Assembly: GCA_039028615.1 (NCBI GenBank)
Contig: JBCCHT010000002.1
Coordinates: 533,547-597,546 of the forward strand
Direction of reading: 5' to 3'
DNA from: Myxococcota bacterium
Lineage (GTDB): Bacteria > Myxococcota_A > Polyangia > Nannocystales > Nannocystaceae
DNA: 64,000 nt
Position 1 is the first letter of the stretch. Each line of letters starts with the position of its first letter. The notes under the pieces are model-generated. The model did no database searches, was not told where the DNA came from, and saw only the letters and a program-made list of their open reading frames with translations. Of the stretch, positions 28,240 to 37,381 are shown one piece after another. The translations under genes were made by a program, and so were the position numbers.

Positions 28240-31200
28240 ATGATCTACGACGAACCCGTCGATTACATCGGTGGTCTGGAGATCTATCGAGATTTCTCCA
28301 ACCCCAACACGTACTACTTCCTGCCCCCCACCGCCCCGCGCATCGCGAGAGTCGCCGATCAAGGCCCCGACGGTGACTACGCCCTCCGCCTGGTGCTCTT
28401 TCGGCCCGACCCGGAAGCAGCCCCGCCCCAGGGCATGGAGGACGGCGGAGGCTTCCTGAACCTCGATGTCGACCTCGACATCACCGAGGCCCGGCTCAAC
28501 AGCATCGAAGAGGAGCTGCGCAGCAAGTTCGGCGACGAGGTCAACCTCGTGCCCGTGCCCTTCACCGAGGGCAGCGTCGAGCTGGTGCTGCTGGGCGTGA
28601 GCCGCGGCGACGAAGGGCAACCCTTCGTGCGCAAGGTCGCCGGCTCGGCCGTGCCCTCGCTGTACGGCTCACAGCGCGCGGCCTTCAGCGTCGTGCTCGA
28701 TCGCCACGGCGCCGCGCTGATGCGCCAGGTCCTGGCCGAGGGTGGAGTCACGATGGCGCTGGCCATCTACCACCTCAAGTACGCGGCCATCGGACCCGCC
28801 TACAACCTCGAGATCACCATCGACTACTCCAAGGCCCACGAGCTGATGGACCTGCGGCTCAACGCCGGGGTCACCGTCTCGAACTCGAAGAACAAGTTCG
28901 TAGGCAAGGCCGGCTTCCACATGCTGATGGAAGAGCTCCGGGAAAACCGCGCCATCGTGGTCAACGAGCTCGACCCCATCCCCGGCGAAGGCGGTCGCAG
29001 CGACACGAGCCAGGAGGAGATCAACGACATCATCGGCAAGCTGATGGGCTCGGAGTGGTTCCGCCCCTCGCTCAGCCAGATGTCCCAGCTGACGCAGGTC
29101 GGCAACAACAACAACAGCAACACCACCAGCAATACGTCCGCGCCCAACCCGACCACGGCGCCGACGACCGCCCCCACCACCGCGCCGACGACCGCCCCCA
29201 CCACCGCTCCGGCTCAACGTCAGCCCGCGGTGTGGACCGAGAACACGGCCGAGTCGCGCTACAACTCGGAGCTCGGTGTCGAGGCCTTCACCGCCTCGAC
29301 CTCCGGCACCACGGAGCGGCTGGTCATCAAGGGCACGCCGCGGCGCGTGACCGCGGGCGGCCGCACGCTCACCGTCAACAACCGGGCGGTGAACATCGAG
29401 GTCCCCATCCCGACCGGCACCACCCCGACCTCGGTCCCCGTGGAGATCGAGTGGGAGCCCCTCCAGGGCGAAGGGCAGCTCGTCGACACCAAGTTCCACC
29501 TGTTCTTCGGTTTCGACGACCCGGAAAACTCCGCCGAGGTCACCGCCTATATCGCCGAGAACCCGCCCGGCGGGGACGACCGCTACACGAACCACTCGCG
29601 CGTGCAGGACGGGACCACCCGTGGACCCGCCGCGCTGCGCACCTGGGCCCAGGGCCTGGCCAACGGCACCGTGCACATCGACGGCTACGCGAGCACGGAG
29701 CGGGACCCGAGCGACGAAAACCTCAATCAATCGTTGTCGGGGCGTCGCATCCAAGTGGCCCGAGGCCTGCTGGGCAGCGTGCAGAACCCCCCCGGGGGCA
29801 GCTTCACCATCACCCACCAGCAGCACGGGGACAATGGCGCCGAGCGTGGTGACGTCCCCGAGCTCACCGACGATCCCGGGCGAACCCCCGACAACCAGCC
29901 CGGTCGCGGCGACAACAGCCGAGCGTCGCATCGCGTGGCGATCATCAAGGGGCAAAAAACCGGCGATCGACCCGAGCCCACCCCGCAGATCCTCAAGGGC
30001 ACGCTGACCCGGGCCCCCTCGGTCCAGCCCAGCCCCTCGCCCACGCCGTCGCCCACCCCGACGCCGCCGCCCGCCGATCCCACGAAGGTCGAAGCCAGCT
30101 TCGAGATCAACTTCGAGATGATCGAGCGGCGCGAGCAGATCACGGCCAGCTACAACCTCAGTCGCCGCGAGGCCCGGATCCACGAGATTCACCCGCAGGG
30201 GCAGCTGAGCTTCGAAGACGACGACCCCGAGCGCTACATCATCGAAGCCGACGGGGCGATCGACTTCTTCCAGAGCATCGGGCTACGCGCCACGACCACC
30301 GCGCTGTGGGACCTCGACGGCATCGACTCGATCCAGATCCAGCTGCGCTACGGCCCCAACGACAGCGGCAGCTTCAAGCGACGCGGCGAGATCATGCTGA
30401 GCTCCGCGCAGGACAACGGCACCTGGAAGGTCGACGTCCTGCACGAGAACGAAGACCGGTCCCGCCCGGTCGTGTACTGGTACGACTACAAGGTCACCAT
30501 TCACTACCGACAGGGCGTGGCCCTGGGCCAGCAGCGCGGGGCCATCGACAGCGTGGGGGCCCCCGGGGCCGACGCCGAGGGCTGGATCCGCAGCTTCTCG
30601 CGCAACCTCGTCATTCATCCCCGCGACGTCACCCCGGCCCTGACCGTCAACGTCATGACCGGCATCGTGAAGTACGACCTGCTCAAGCACGCCCAGGTGG
30701 AGCTGAGCTACGGCCCGTACAAGCAGAACCTGATGATGTCGGCCGAAAAGTCCGAGCATCGCCTGGTCATCCGGCCCGAGGCCGATCTCGCGGACGAGCC
30801 CATTCGCACCACGGGCATGCTCTACTACAACGACGGGGCTCAGGTCCCGCTGCCGCCGATGGAGTGGCAGCCCCAGGAGCTGGTCGTCATCAACGAGGCC
30901 CGCGAGAACACGCTCCGCGTCCGGCTCATCATGGCCGACCCCGGTGACGAGTTCGAGAAGATCCAGGTGCGGCTGCGCTACGACCACGGCAGCCGGCTCC
31001 TGGAGCAGAACTTCGAGCTGACCGAGCACGCCCAGCTCGAGGAGTGGGCCGTTCGCCTCGAAGACCCGGCCGCGCGCGCGTGGCAGTACCAGCTCACCGC
31101 CATCAAGACCAGCGGCGCCATCGAGACCACCGACTGGCTCGCCGGTGAGGACGATCAGCTCATCGTGGGCATCGAGGTCGTCGACGTCATCCCGGTGCAG

Positions 31201-31470
31201 GTCACCTGGCTCATGCCGCCGCCCGCGGGGGGCCTGCTGGCCGTCAAGATCGACATGGCCTACGACGACGACCGCTCCGACGTACACTGGGCCCACTCGG
31301 AGGTCATCAACCCCGGCCACTCGGGCAGCTTCCGCTGGTCGATCGCCATCAAGGACCGGGCCCTTCGCACCTATCGCTACCGGGTGACCGAGTTCCGCAC
31401 CACCGGGGTCACCGAAGGCGAGTGGCGCGAATCGAACACCAAGTCGCTCGTGCTGCTGCCCGGCATGTAG
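28240..31470 (+). CDS. large hypothetical protein (1076 aa) with internal OmpA-like domain and repeated C-terminal beta modules
   Basis: Strong GC3 bias; FGFD...IDGYAS...NQSLSGRR...HRVA OmpA-like motifs between P/T linkers; no signal peptide. Confidence 0.8.
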   Translation: MIYDEPVDYIGGLEIYRDFSNPNTYYFLPPTAPRIARVADQGPDGDYALRLVLFRPDPEAAPPQGMEDGGGFLNLDVDLDITEARLNSIEEELRSKFGDEVNLVPVPFTEGSVELVLLGVSRGDEGQPFVRKVAGSAVPSLYGSQRAAFSVVLDRHGAALMRQVLAEGGVTMALAIYHLKYAAIGPAYNLEITIDYSKAHELMDLRLNAGVTVSNSKNKFVGKAGFHMLMEELRENRAIVVNELDPIPGEGGRSDTSQEEINDIIGKLMGSEWFRPSLSQMSQLTQVGNNNNSNTTSNTSAPNPTTAPTTAPTTAPTTAPTTAPAQRQPAVWTENTAESRYNSELGVEAFTASTSGTTERLVIKGTPRRVTAGGRTLTVNNRAVNIEVPIPTGTTPTSVPVEIEWEPLQGEGQLVDTKFHLFFGFDDPENSAEVTAYIAENPPGGDDRYTNHSRVQDGTTRGPAALRTWAQGLANGTVHIDGYASTERDPSDENLNQSLSGRRIQVARGLLGSVQNPPGGSFTITHQQHGDNGAERGDVPELTDDPGRTPDNQPGRGDNSRASHRVAIIKGQKTGDRPEPTPQILKGTLTRAPSVQPSPSPTPSPTPTPPPADPTKVEASFEINFEMIERREQITASYNLSRREARIHEIHPQGQLSFEDDDPERYIIEADGAIDFFQSIGLRATTTALWDLDGIDSIQIQLRYGPNDSGSFKRRGEIMLSSAQDNGTWKVDVLHENEDRSRPVVYWYDYKVTIHYRQGVALGQQRGAIDSVGAPGADAEGWIRSFSRNLVIHPRDVTPALTVNVMTGIVKYDLLKHAQVELSYGPYKQNLMMSAEKSEHRLVIRPEADLADEPIRTTGMLYYNDGAQVPLPPMEWQPQELVVINEARENTLRVRLIMADPGDEFEKIQVRLRYDHGSRLLEQNFELTEHAQLEEWAVRLEDPAARAWQYQLTAIKTSGAIETTDWLAGEDDQLIVGIEVVDVIPVQVTWLMPPPAGGLLAVKIDMAYDDDRSDVHWAHSEVINPGHSGSFRWSIAIKDRALRTYRYRVTEFRTTGVTEGEWRESNTKSLVLLPGM
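29149..29208 (+). repeat. in-frame (PTTA)x5 tandem repeat
   Basis: 12-bp unit x5, including an exact 24-bp duplication GCGCCGACGACCGCCCCCACCACC. Confidence 0.9.
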
Positions 31471-31491
31471 GGAGCGCCGCCAGGACATCGG

Positions 31492-31528
31492 GGGCCGGCC
31501 GCGCAAACGCGCAGCCGGCCCTTTTGTT
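31492..31528 (+). terminator. intrinsic terminator
   Basis: GGGCCGGC-c-GCGC-aaac-GCGC-a-GCCGGCCC followed by TTTTGTT, 21 nt after the stop. Confidence 0.8.
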
Positions 31529-31609
31529 GCCCGCGTCTCGGGGCGATTCATCCCACGGCGTCCCCCGCGGGCGAAAGCCGGTGGCGGGCCCGGCGTTGTC
31601 TGAGTCCCA

Positions 31610-32680
31610 ATGCGAGCCTCGCTGTCGTTGTTGTCCTTGTCCTGCGGCATCCTGCTCGGGGGCTGCTTCCTCGAGCCCGAGAGCCCTCCCTTCGATGACG
31701 GCGATCGCCCGTATCGCGACCAGTGGCGGACGGAGCTCGATGCTCCGCTGGAGCTGACCGGCCTCGATGCCATCCGCACCCTGTGGGTCGGCGGCCCCGA
31801 GTACGAGGGCAACTTCGCCAATCGTGGAGACATCGTGGTGCAGTTCCACGACGAAGACCGGATCGTGGTCGAGATGCGGCGCTTCGCCCACGCACAGTCC
31901 TCCGAGCAGGCGCAGAACTACTTCGATGCGCTGCAGCTGTGGGCCTATGCGCGGGACATCGAGCGACCGATGCACCCCAGCCACATGATGTACCCGCGGC
32001 CCTGCGTCGACGACGACGGGCTGCTCCGCGACGAGTGTGCCATGCGGGTCTACTACGAGGGCCTGCAGCAGCCGGTACGGACCGGGGCCGACATCCGCGT
32101 GACGCTGCCCGCGAGCTACGAAGGTCAGCTGAAGCTGTTCACCGAGGACCTGCTGTCCGACTCGACCTATCTCAACCGGGGCAACGTGTGCATCGAGCCC
32201 ACCCGAGCGCAGATCTCGGCCGAGCTGGGGCGCGGCATCGGGCTGGCCTCGATCGCGGGCGCCGAGCAGTCGTCGGGAGGCACGCCCACCGTCGCGTTCG
32301 ATGCCGTGGCCGCCGACCTCCAGGTCGACCTGCCGCCCGAGCTGTACACCGCGGTGAGCCTCACCTACGAGGACGACAGCGACAAGAGCGAGCGCTGCTG
32401 GGCCGACATTCAAGTCACCGACTTCGATCACCGCAGCGCCAGCTTCGGCTCGACCCACAGCAGCATCGGCGGAGCCGCGGGCTCGTGGGAAGAGGGCCAG
32501 CCCTTCGATGCCTCCGTGCGCCTCGAGGCCTCGAGCTGCGACGTGGTGGCATACACCGAGCGCCCCGAGGACTGGACCGACGAATTCGAGGATCAAAACG
32601 TCGAGATGCGCGGCGTGGTGGGTGTCTGCCGCAACTGCCTGCGCGAGTTCTCCTGCGCTCAGCTGTTGCCGGGCAACTGA
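31610..32680 (+). CDS. hypothetical lipoprotein
   Basis: Lipobox LGGC; NFANRGDI, RTGADIRV, NRGNVC motifs. Confidence 0.8.
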   Translation: MRASLSLLSLSCGILLGGCFLEPESPPFDDGDRPYRDQWRTELDAPLELTGLDAIRTLWVGGPEYEGNFANRGDIVVQFHDEDRIVVEMRRFAHAQSSEQAQNYFDALQLWAYARDIERPMHPSHMMYPRPCVDDDGLLRDECAMRVYYEGLQQPVRTGADIRVTLPASYEGQLKLFTEDLLSDSTYLNRGNVCIEPTRAQISAELGRGIGLASIAGAEQSSGGTPTVAFDAVAADLQVDLPPELYTAVSLTYEDDSDKSERCWADIQVTDFDHRSASFGSTHSSIGGAAGSWEEGQPFDASVRLEASSCDVVAYTERPEDWTDEFEDQNVEMRGVVGVCRNCLREFSCAQLLPGN

Positions 32681-32733
32681 TTCCCCCCGTTCGAGGGGTA
32701 CGGGGGCGCCCGCCTCGCCGATACCCTCGGACG

Positions 32734-33633
32734 ATGGCCGACGACCTCGTTTCCGAACTCCCCACGCTGCGTCTCTACAGCGGGGGGCCCAGCGTGGTGC
32801 TCTGGCAGAAATTCCTCGTCGCCAAGGGCCACAGCTCCGGCGCCCCCGATGGCATGTTCGGCAACGGCGCGAAGAAATCGACCGAGAGCTACCAGCGCTC
32901 GATCGGTGTGGGAGCCGATGGCGTCGTCGGCCGGGGCACCTACGAAAAGGCGATCGCCGACGGGTTCGATCCAAGCGGGCTCGGGTACGGCGCAGCGACA
33001 GACCCCAACGATCCAGCATCGGTGCGTCCTGCTCCCGGCTTTACGCCCACGCTGGTCGACGCCAAGGACCGCGGCGCGGCCAAGCTCGCCTCGAAACACC
33101 GCCGCAGCGCACTGAGGAGCGCCCAGGAGCTCGACAAGGTGGACGGCATCGTCCTCCACCAGATGAGCTTTTATCGCAAAGGCGACACCATCGACCGCTA
33201 CGCCGACGTCCCCGCGCACTACATCATCACGCAGCAAGGCGAGCTGGCCCAGCTGCATGACCACAACGTGTATCTGTATACGAGCAACTCGCTCAACGCG
33301 ACCACCGTCGGCGTCGAGTTTGCCGGCAACTTCGCCTCGACCTCAGGCTCGTTCTACCAAAAGCAGAAATTCTGGGCCTGCGTCCTGACCCCGCATCAAG
33401 TCAGCGCGGCGCGGCTGTTGCTCGAGACGGTGCAGCGAGACCGCGGGATCACCAAGGTCTACTCGCACATTCAGGCCTACGCCGGTCGCTCGAACTGCGG
33501 CGGACCGGACATCTGGGCCAGCGTGGGTCAGTGGGGCGTCGACGTGCTCCGCCTCTCCGACGGCGGGCCCGGGTGGAAGAAGGACGACGGCGCAGAGATT
33601 CCCGATGTCTGGCGCACCTGGGGTCGCGCGTAG
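32734..33633 (+). CDS. peptidoglycan-binding domain + N-acetylmuramoyl-L-alanine amidase (Amidase_2)
   Basis: PG_binding_1 motifs DGMFG and ADGVVGRGT; amidase IVLHQ, AHY, GVEFAG, SH...C zinc ligands. Confidence 0.85.
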   Translation: MADDLVSELPTLRLYSGGPSVVLWQKFLVAKGHSSGAPDGMFGNGAKKSTESYQRSIGVGADGVVGRGTYEKAIADGFDPSGLGYGAATDPNDPASVRPAPGFTPTLVDAKDRGAAKLASKHRRSALRSAQELDKVDGIVLHQMSFYRKGDTIDRYADVPAHYIITQQGELAQLHDHNVYLYTSNSLNATTVGVEFAGNFASTSGSFYQKQKFWACVLTPHQVSAARLLLETVQRDRGITKVYSHIQAYAGRSNCGGPDIWASVGQWGVDVLRLSDGGPGWKKDDGAEIPDVWRTWGRA

Positions 33634-33643
33634 GCGCGGGAGC

Positions 33644-34045
33644 TCAGCCTTGCTCGTGATACCGGGCCGAGATGCGGTCGTTCTCGTGCACGGTCACCGC
33701 GAGCATGCGAACCCGGTCGCCGGCCGCCGACTCGGCCAGCGCGTGACCCAGCCGATGGTAGATGTGGGCCGCGATGTTCTCCGCCGTGGGGTTGACCTCG
33801 TCGAAGGGGGTCACCTCGTTGAGCAGCCGATGGTCGAGCCGAGCGGTGACCTCCTCGGTCATGCGCGTCAGCTCGCGGAAGTCGATGCCCATGCCCAGCT
33901 CGTCGAGCCGATGCGCTCGGACCTCGACCTCGACCCGGAAATTGTGGCCATGGACCTGCTCACACGCCCCCGGATAGCCCCGTAGAACGTGGGCCGAGGA
34001 GAACTCGGTGACGACGCGTAGGTCGTAGGTCTTGGACGCAGTCAT
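33644..34045 (-). CDS. queD: 6-carboxy-5,6,7,8-tetrahydropterin synthase
   Basis: FSSAH.L, CEQVHGHN, LDHRLLN, NPTAENIA. Confidence 0.93.
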   Translation of the reverse strand: MTASKTYDLRVVTEFSSAHVLRGYPGACEQVHGHNFRVEVEVRAHRLDELGMGIDFRELTRMTEEVTARLDHRLLNEVTPFDEVNPTAENIAAHIYHRLGHALAESAAGDRVRMLAVTVHENDRISARYHEQG

Positions 34046-34218
34046 GAGGGCGGGCCCCGTGGCGAACTCAGGAACCTAGCAGCTTGTCACGGACGGGGGA
34101 AAGCGCCTTTCGAGGGAACGCTCACGCACGCCGAAGCCGCCGAGCCCGGGGTCCAGGGGGCCTCGGAGCGTCGGAACAAACCACCTGTAGAGCCTCGTAC
34201 GGGCCTACACAGGACGAT

Positions 34219-35211
34219 CTAGACCCGCATGACCGCGGCGCCCCAGGTGAGCCCGGTGCCGAACGCGGTCATCGCCAACAGCTGTCCCGGCTTCAGCACG
34301 CCCTCGCGTCGGGCCTGGCTGATGGCCGTGGGGATGGAGGCGGCCGAGATGTTCCCGTAATTCTCGAGCACCGAGTACACCTTCTCGGCCGGGATTTTCG
34401 AGCGCTCCCGACAGGCCTCCATGATGCGGATGTTGGCCTGATGAGGGATGAACACGTCGATGTCCTCGGGGCCGACTCCGGCCTCTTCCATCGCACGCAG
34501 CAGGCTGCCGCTCATGGCTCGCACCGCGTGCTTGAAGACCTTGGAGCCCTCCATGTAGACGGTGTGCGCCGCCTCGTCGACGGTGCCGTGGGACGCGGGC
34601 ATGCGCGTGCCACCGGCCGGCACCTGGAGGATGGAGGCCAAGGTGCCGTCGCTGCCCCAGTTGGACGCGAGGATGCCCGGCCCGTCCTTCGACTCGTCGT
34701 CGCTGGGCCCGACGATGGCCGCCCCGGCTCCGTCTCCGAAGAGCACGCAGGTGCGTCGATCATTCCAGTTGAGGATCTTGCTGAAGACTTCCGCCCCGCA
34801 GACCGCGACTCGCTTGGCGCGACCGCACTCGATCCAGTTGGTCGCCACCTCGAGGCCAAACACGAAGCTCGTGCACCCGGCCATCACGTCGAAGGCGGGC
34901 ATGCCCTTGACCCCGAGCCGGTCTTGAACCCAGCACGCGGTGGAGGGAAACAGGGTGTCCTGCGAGCAGGTGCCGACGATGATGCCGTCGAGCTCGCCCG
35001 GCTCCATGCCGGCGTTCTTGCAGGCTTCGGCGATGGCCCCCGCGGCCAGGTCGGACGTGGAGGTCTTGCCTTCCACCACCCGCCGCGCCCCGATTCCCGT
35101 TCGCTCGCGGATCCACTGATCGGAGGTATCCAGAGTCTCCGAGAGGTCGTCGTTGGTCACGACCTTGTCCGGCATGCAGTGGCCAGCTCCCAGGAACTTC
35201 ACTCGTCTCAT
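34219..35211 (-). CDS. fabH: beta-ketoacyl-ACP synthase III
   Basis: WIRERTGI, AGCTSF, FGDGAGA, PHQAN, GNISAAS, FGTGLTWG. Confidence 0.95.
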   Translation of the reverse strand: MRRVKFLGAGHCMPDKVVTNDDLSETLDTSDQWIRERTGIGARRVVEGKTSTSDLAAGAIAEACKNAGMEPGELDGIIVGTCSQDTLFPSTACWVQDRLGVKGMPAFDVMAGCTSFVFGLEVATNWIECGRAKRVAVCGAEVFSKILNWNDRRTCVLFGDGAGAAIVGPSDDESKDGPGILASNWGSDGTLASILQVPAGGTRMPASHGTVDEAAHTVYMEGSKVFKHAVRAMSGSLLRAMEEAGVGPEDIDVFIPHQANIRIMEACRERSKIPAEKVYSVLENYGNISAASIPTAISQARREGVLKPGQLLAMTAFGTGLTWGAAVMRV

Positions 35212-35552
35212 GGCGTCCTCTTCGACCGGTGACGCGCGCCACTTGGCTCGCGTCAAGTCGATTCGATTACCTCCTAACCCGAACGACCGTCAACGATGGA
35301 CAGCGCACGCGCCCTGAATCGCCGTAGAGGATCGACGCAGTGCATGCAGACCCCGCGAAGTCGAGTTCACACCCACTCGGCAGCGGTGTGCATCCCCTGC
35401 GAACCAAGGGTCACTTCGTACGCAAAGCCACTCGATGCGGGCCCGATCGTGCAAACCGGCATGTTTGCTTCCGTAGCAGTCTACGGGCGAGGCGCCTCCG
35501 GGCAGCCGAATCGGCACGTCCGAACATCCAGACGTAGTCGAAAGACGAAGTG

Positions 35553-36449
35553 CTAACGCTCGAGCAACTTGCGGGCGTGCGTGCGCTCCCACATTACCGC
35601 CTCGACGTAGTGCTCGAACTTTTCTTCGTCACGACGGAAGGCTGGCGGGTGGTGCTGGCGCCGCCCGTCCACCACGGGCAGGCCATGAAGCTCGTGCAGC
35701 ATCTCGTGATAGACGATCCATTCGACGAAGAAGCGGGGCACGTCGCGGGCATCGAGCACGGGATGAATGCGGATCAGCTCGTCGTCGAAGACATAGCGAC
35801 CGAGGCTGATGGAGGCCCGTGACCGTCGACGCTTGGTCCTCGGTCCCCACGTGATGCGAGCGTTGATGGCCCCGTCGAAGTAGGCCTCGTTGAGCTCGTC
35901 GAAGATTTCCTGGAGGTTGTGGTAGCGCCCCTCGGTGTCCAGCGTGATGGTCCGCGGGCCCTGCCGCCGCCGAATCAGCTCCTCGTTGGCATCGGCATAG
36001 CGGCGCAACAAGGTGGCAGAGTCGCGGTCGTGGGCCTCGGCGTAGCGAGCCAGCGCCCGGGTGACCGCGGCGGGAGCCCCCACGAACATGTGGTGCACGC
36101 GAAAGGTCAGGACCCCCCGGGCGCCCTTGACCGAGAGCATCGTCTGCAGGTTGTCGGTGATCACCACCCGGGCCCGGGCCTTCTTCAGGTGCGCCGCGAT
36201 GCGGTCCTGGAGCTCGGCGCGGGCGCGCTCTTGCTGCTGAGGGTCGGCGTCCCCGTACCGGAGCAACCCCGCCGCAATCGGCTCGACCTCGGGCTCGGCC
36301 TCACCGCCGAGGTCCTCCGCCTCGGCGGGCGTCGCCGAGTCGAGCTCCTCCGGCTCGGGGTCGGGCAGCGCGACCGCGAGGTTGCCCTCGGGCTCGTTGA
36401 CCCGGGCGCTCCCCTGGGAGGCAGAGCGCGACTTGGGTGGGGGACACAT
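35553..36449 (-). CDS. SprT-like zinc metalloprotease
   Basis: FDELNEAYF, IRIHPVLD, YHEMLH (HExxH). Start uncertain. Confidence 0.8.
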   Translation of the reverse strand: MCPPPKSRSASQGSARVNEPEGNLAVALPDPEPEELDSATPAEAEDLGGEAEPEVEPIAAGLLRYGDADPQQQERARAELQDRIAAHLKKARARVVITDNLQTMLSVKGARGVLTFRVHHMFVGAPAAVTRALARYAEAHDRDSATLLRRYADANEELIRRRQGPRTITLDTEGRYHNLQEIFDELNEAYFDGAINARITWGPRTKRRRSRASISLGRYVFDDELIRIHPVLDARDVPRFFVEWIVYHEMLHELHGLPVVDGRRQHHPPAFRRDEEKFEHYVEAVMWERTHARKLLER

Positions 36450-36709
36450 TGATTCGAACGCAGGAGCGTACGGGGCTGTCATTGCCCCGCTTGAAGTTTG
36501 AACCATAGGCGGTCGATCGCGAAACGAGCCCGCTGCGTGGTTGCAGCGCCACGAAAGGGGCGACGTAGGCGGCGGGCGTCGAGGCACCGCTAGGATATGA
36601 TCAGCTCCACACCCCCAGAAATTCTGGGATCGACGCCGCCAACCCGACCGATCCGGGCACGAATTTGCGTCGTCAGGCCAAAGTTGCCGATCGGGATCTC
36701 ATCGCCACC

Positions 36710-37381
36710 ATGACCACCCTCCATGTCCTCATTTTCGCCGGTCTTCGGGAGATCGCGCGCTCGGACGCCATATCCGTGGAGATCGATGCCGATGCCACGG
36801 CCGGAGATCTCCTCGCCGCCATGAGCGAGCAGCACCCCGCGCTCGCCGCTCGGCTCGTGCCCTGCCGGGTCGCGGTCGACCAGGAATTCGTGACCGCCGA
36901 CCACCCGCTGGCCGGAGCTCGCGAGGTCGCCGTCATCCCGCCGGTCAGCGGGGGCCACGATGGCCCGCCCCGGGTCGCCGTGCGGGACGAGCCGCTGTCC
37001 CTCGATGCAGTCGTGGCCGCGGTGACGCATGCAGGCGCGGGAGGCATCGCCACCTTTACCGGCAACGTTCGCCTTCACAGCCGCGGCAAGACGGTCGACC
37101 ACCTGGAGTACGAGGCCTATGCCCCGATGGCGATCAAGGTGCTGGACGAGATTCGCACGCGCATCGAGCAAGAGGTGGACGGGTCGCGGGTGGCCATTCA
37201 CCACCGCGTCGGGACGCTGGGCATCGGCGAGACGGCGGTGGTGATCGCCGCCAGTGCACCGCATCGAGCCGAGGCATTCGCCGCCTGTCGAGAGGCCATC
37301 GAGGCGCTCAAGCGAGACGCGCCCATTTGGAAGCGCGAGGTCGACCGCGACGGCGGGGAGTGGATCGGGCAAGGCCCCTAG
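36710..37381 (+). CDS. moaE: fused molybdopterin synthase MoaD-MoaE
   Basis: FAGLRE...VAVIPPVSGG (MoaD) followed in frame by GGIATFTGNVR, LEYEAY, HRVG, PIWKRE (MoaE). Confidence 0.92.
   Translation: MTTLHVLIFAGLREIARSDAISVEIDADATAGDLLAAMSEQHPALAARLVPCRVAVDQEFVTADHPLAGAREVAVIPPVSGGHDGPPRVAVRDEPLSLDAVVAAVTHAGAGGIATFTGNVRLHSRGKTVDHLEYEAYAPMAIKVLDEIRTRIEQEVDGSRVAIHHRVGTLGIGETAVVIAASAPHRAEAFAACREAIEALKRDAPIWKREVDRDGGEWIGQGP

Noticed and set aside
34046..34090. Canonical preQ1 riboswitch before queD
   Set aside because: There is a GGTTC-like segment but no matching stem and no A-rich 3' tail.
35212..35552. 340-bp intergenic gap as an ncRNA or small gene
   Set aside because: No recognisable RNA motif, and the short ORFs there lack the genome's codon bias.
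36655..36669. GGGCACGAATTTGC as a sigma54 -24/-12 promoter for moaDE
   Set aside because: Spacing between GGCACG and TTGC is one base short of consensus.
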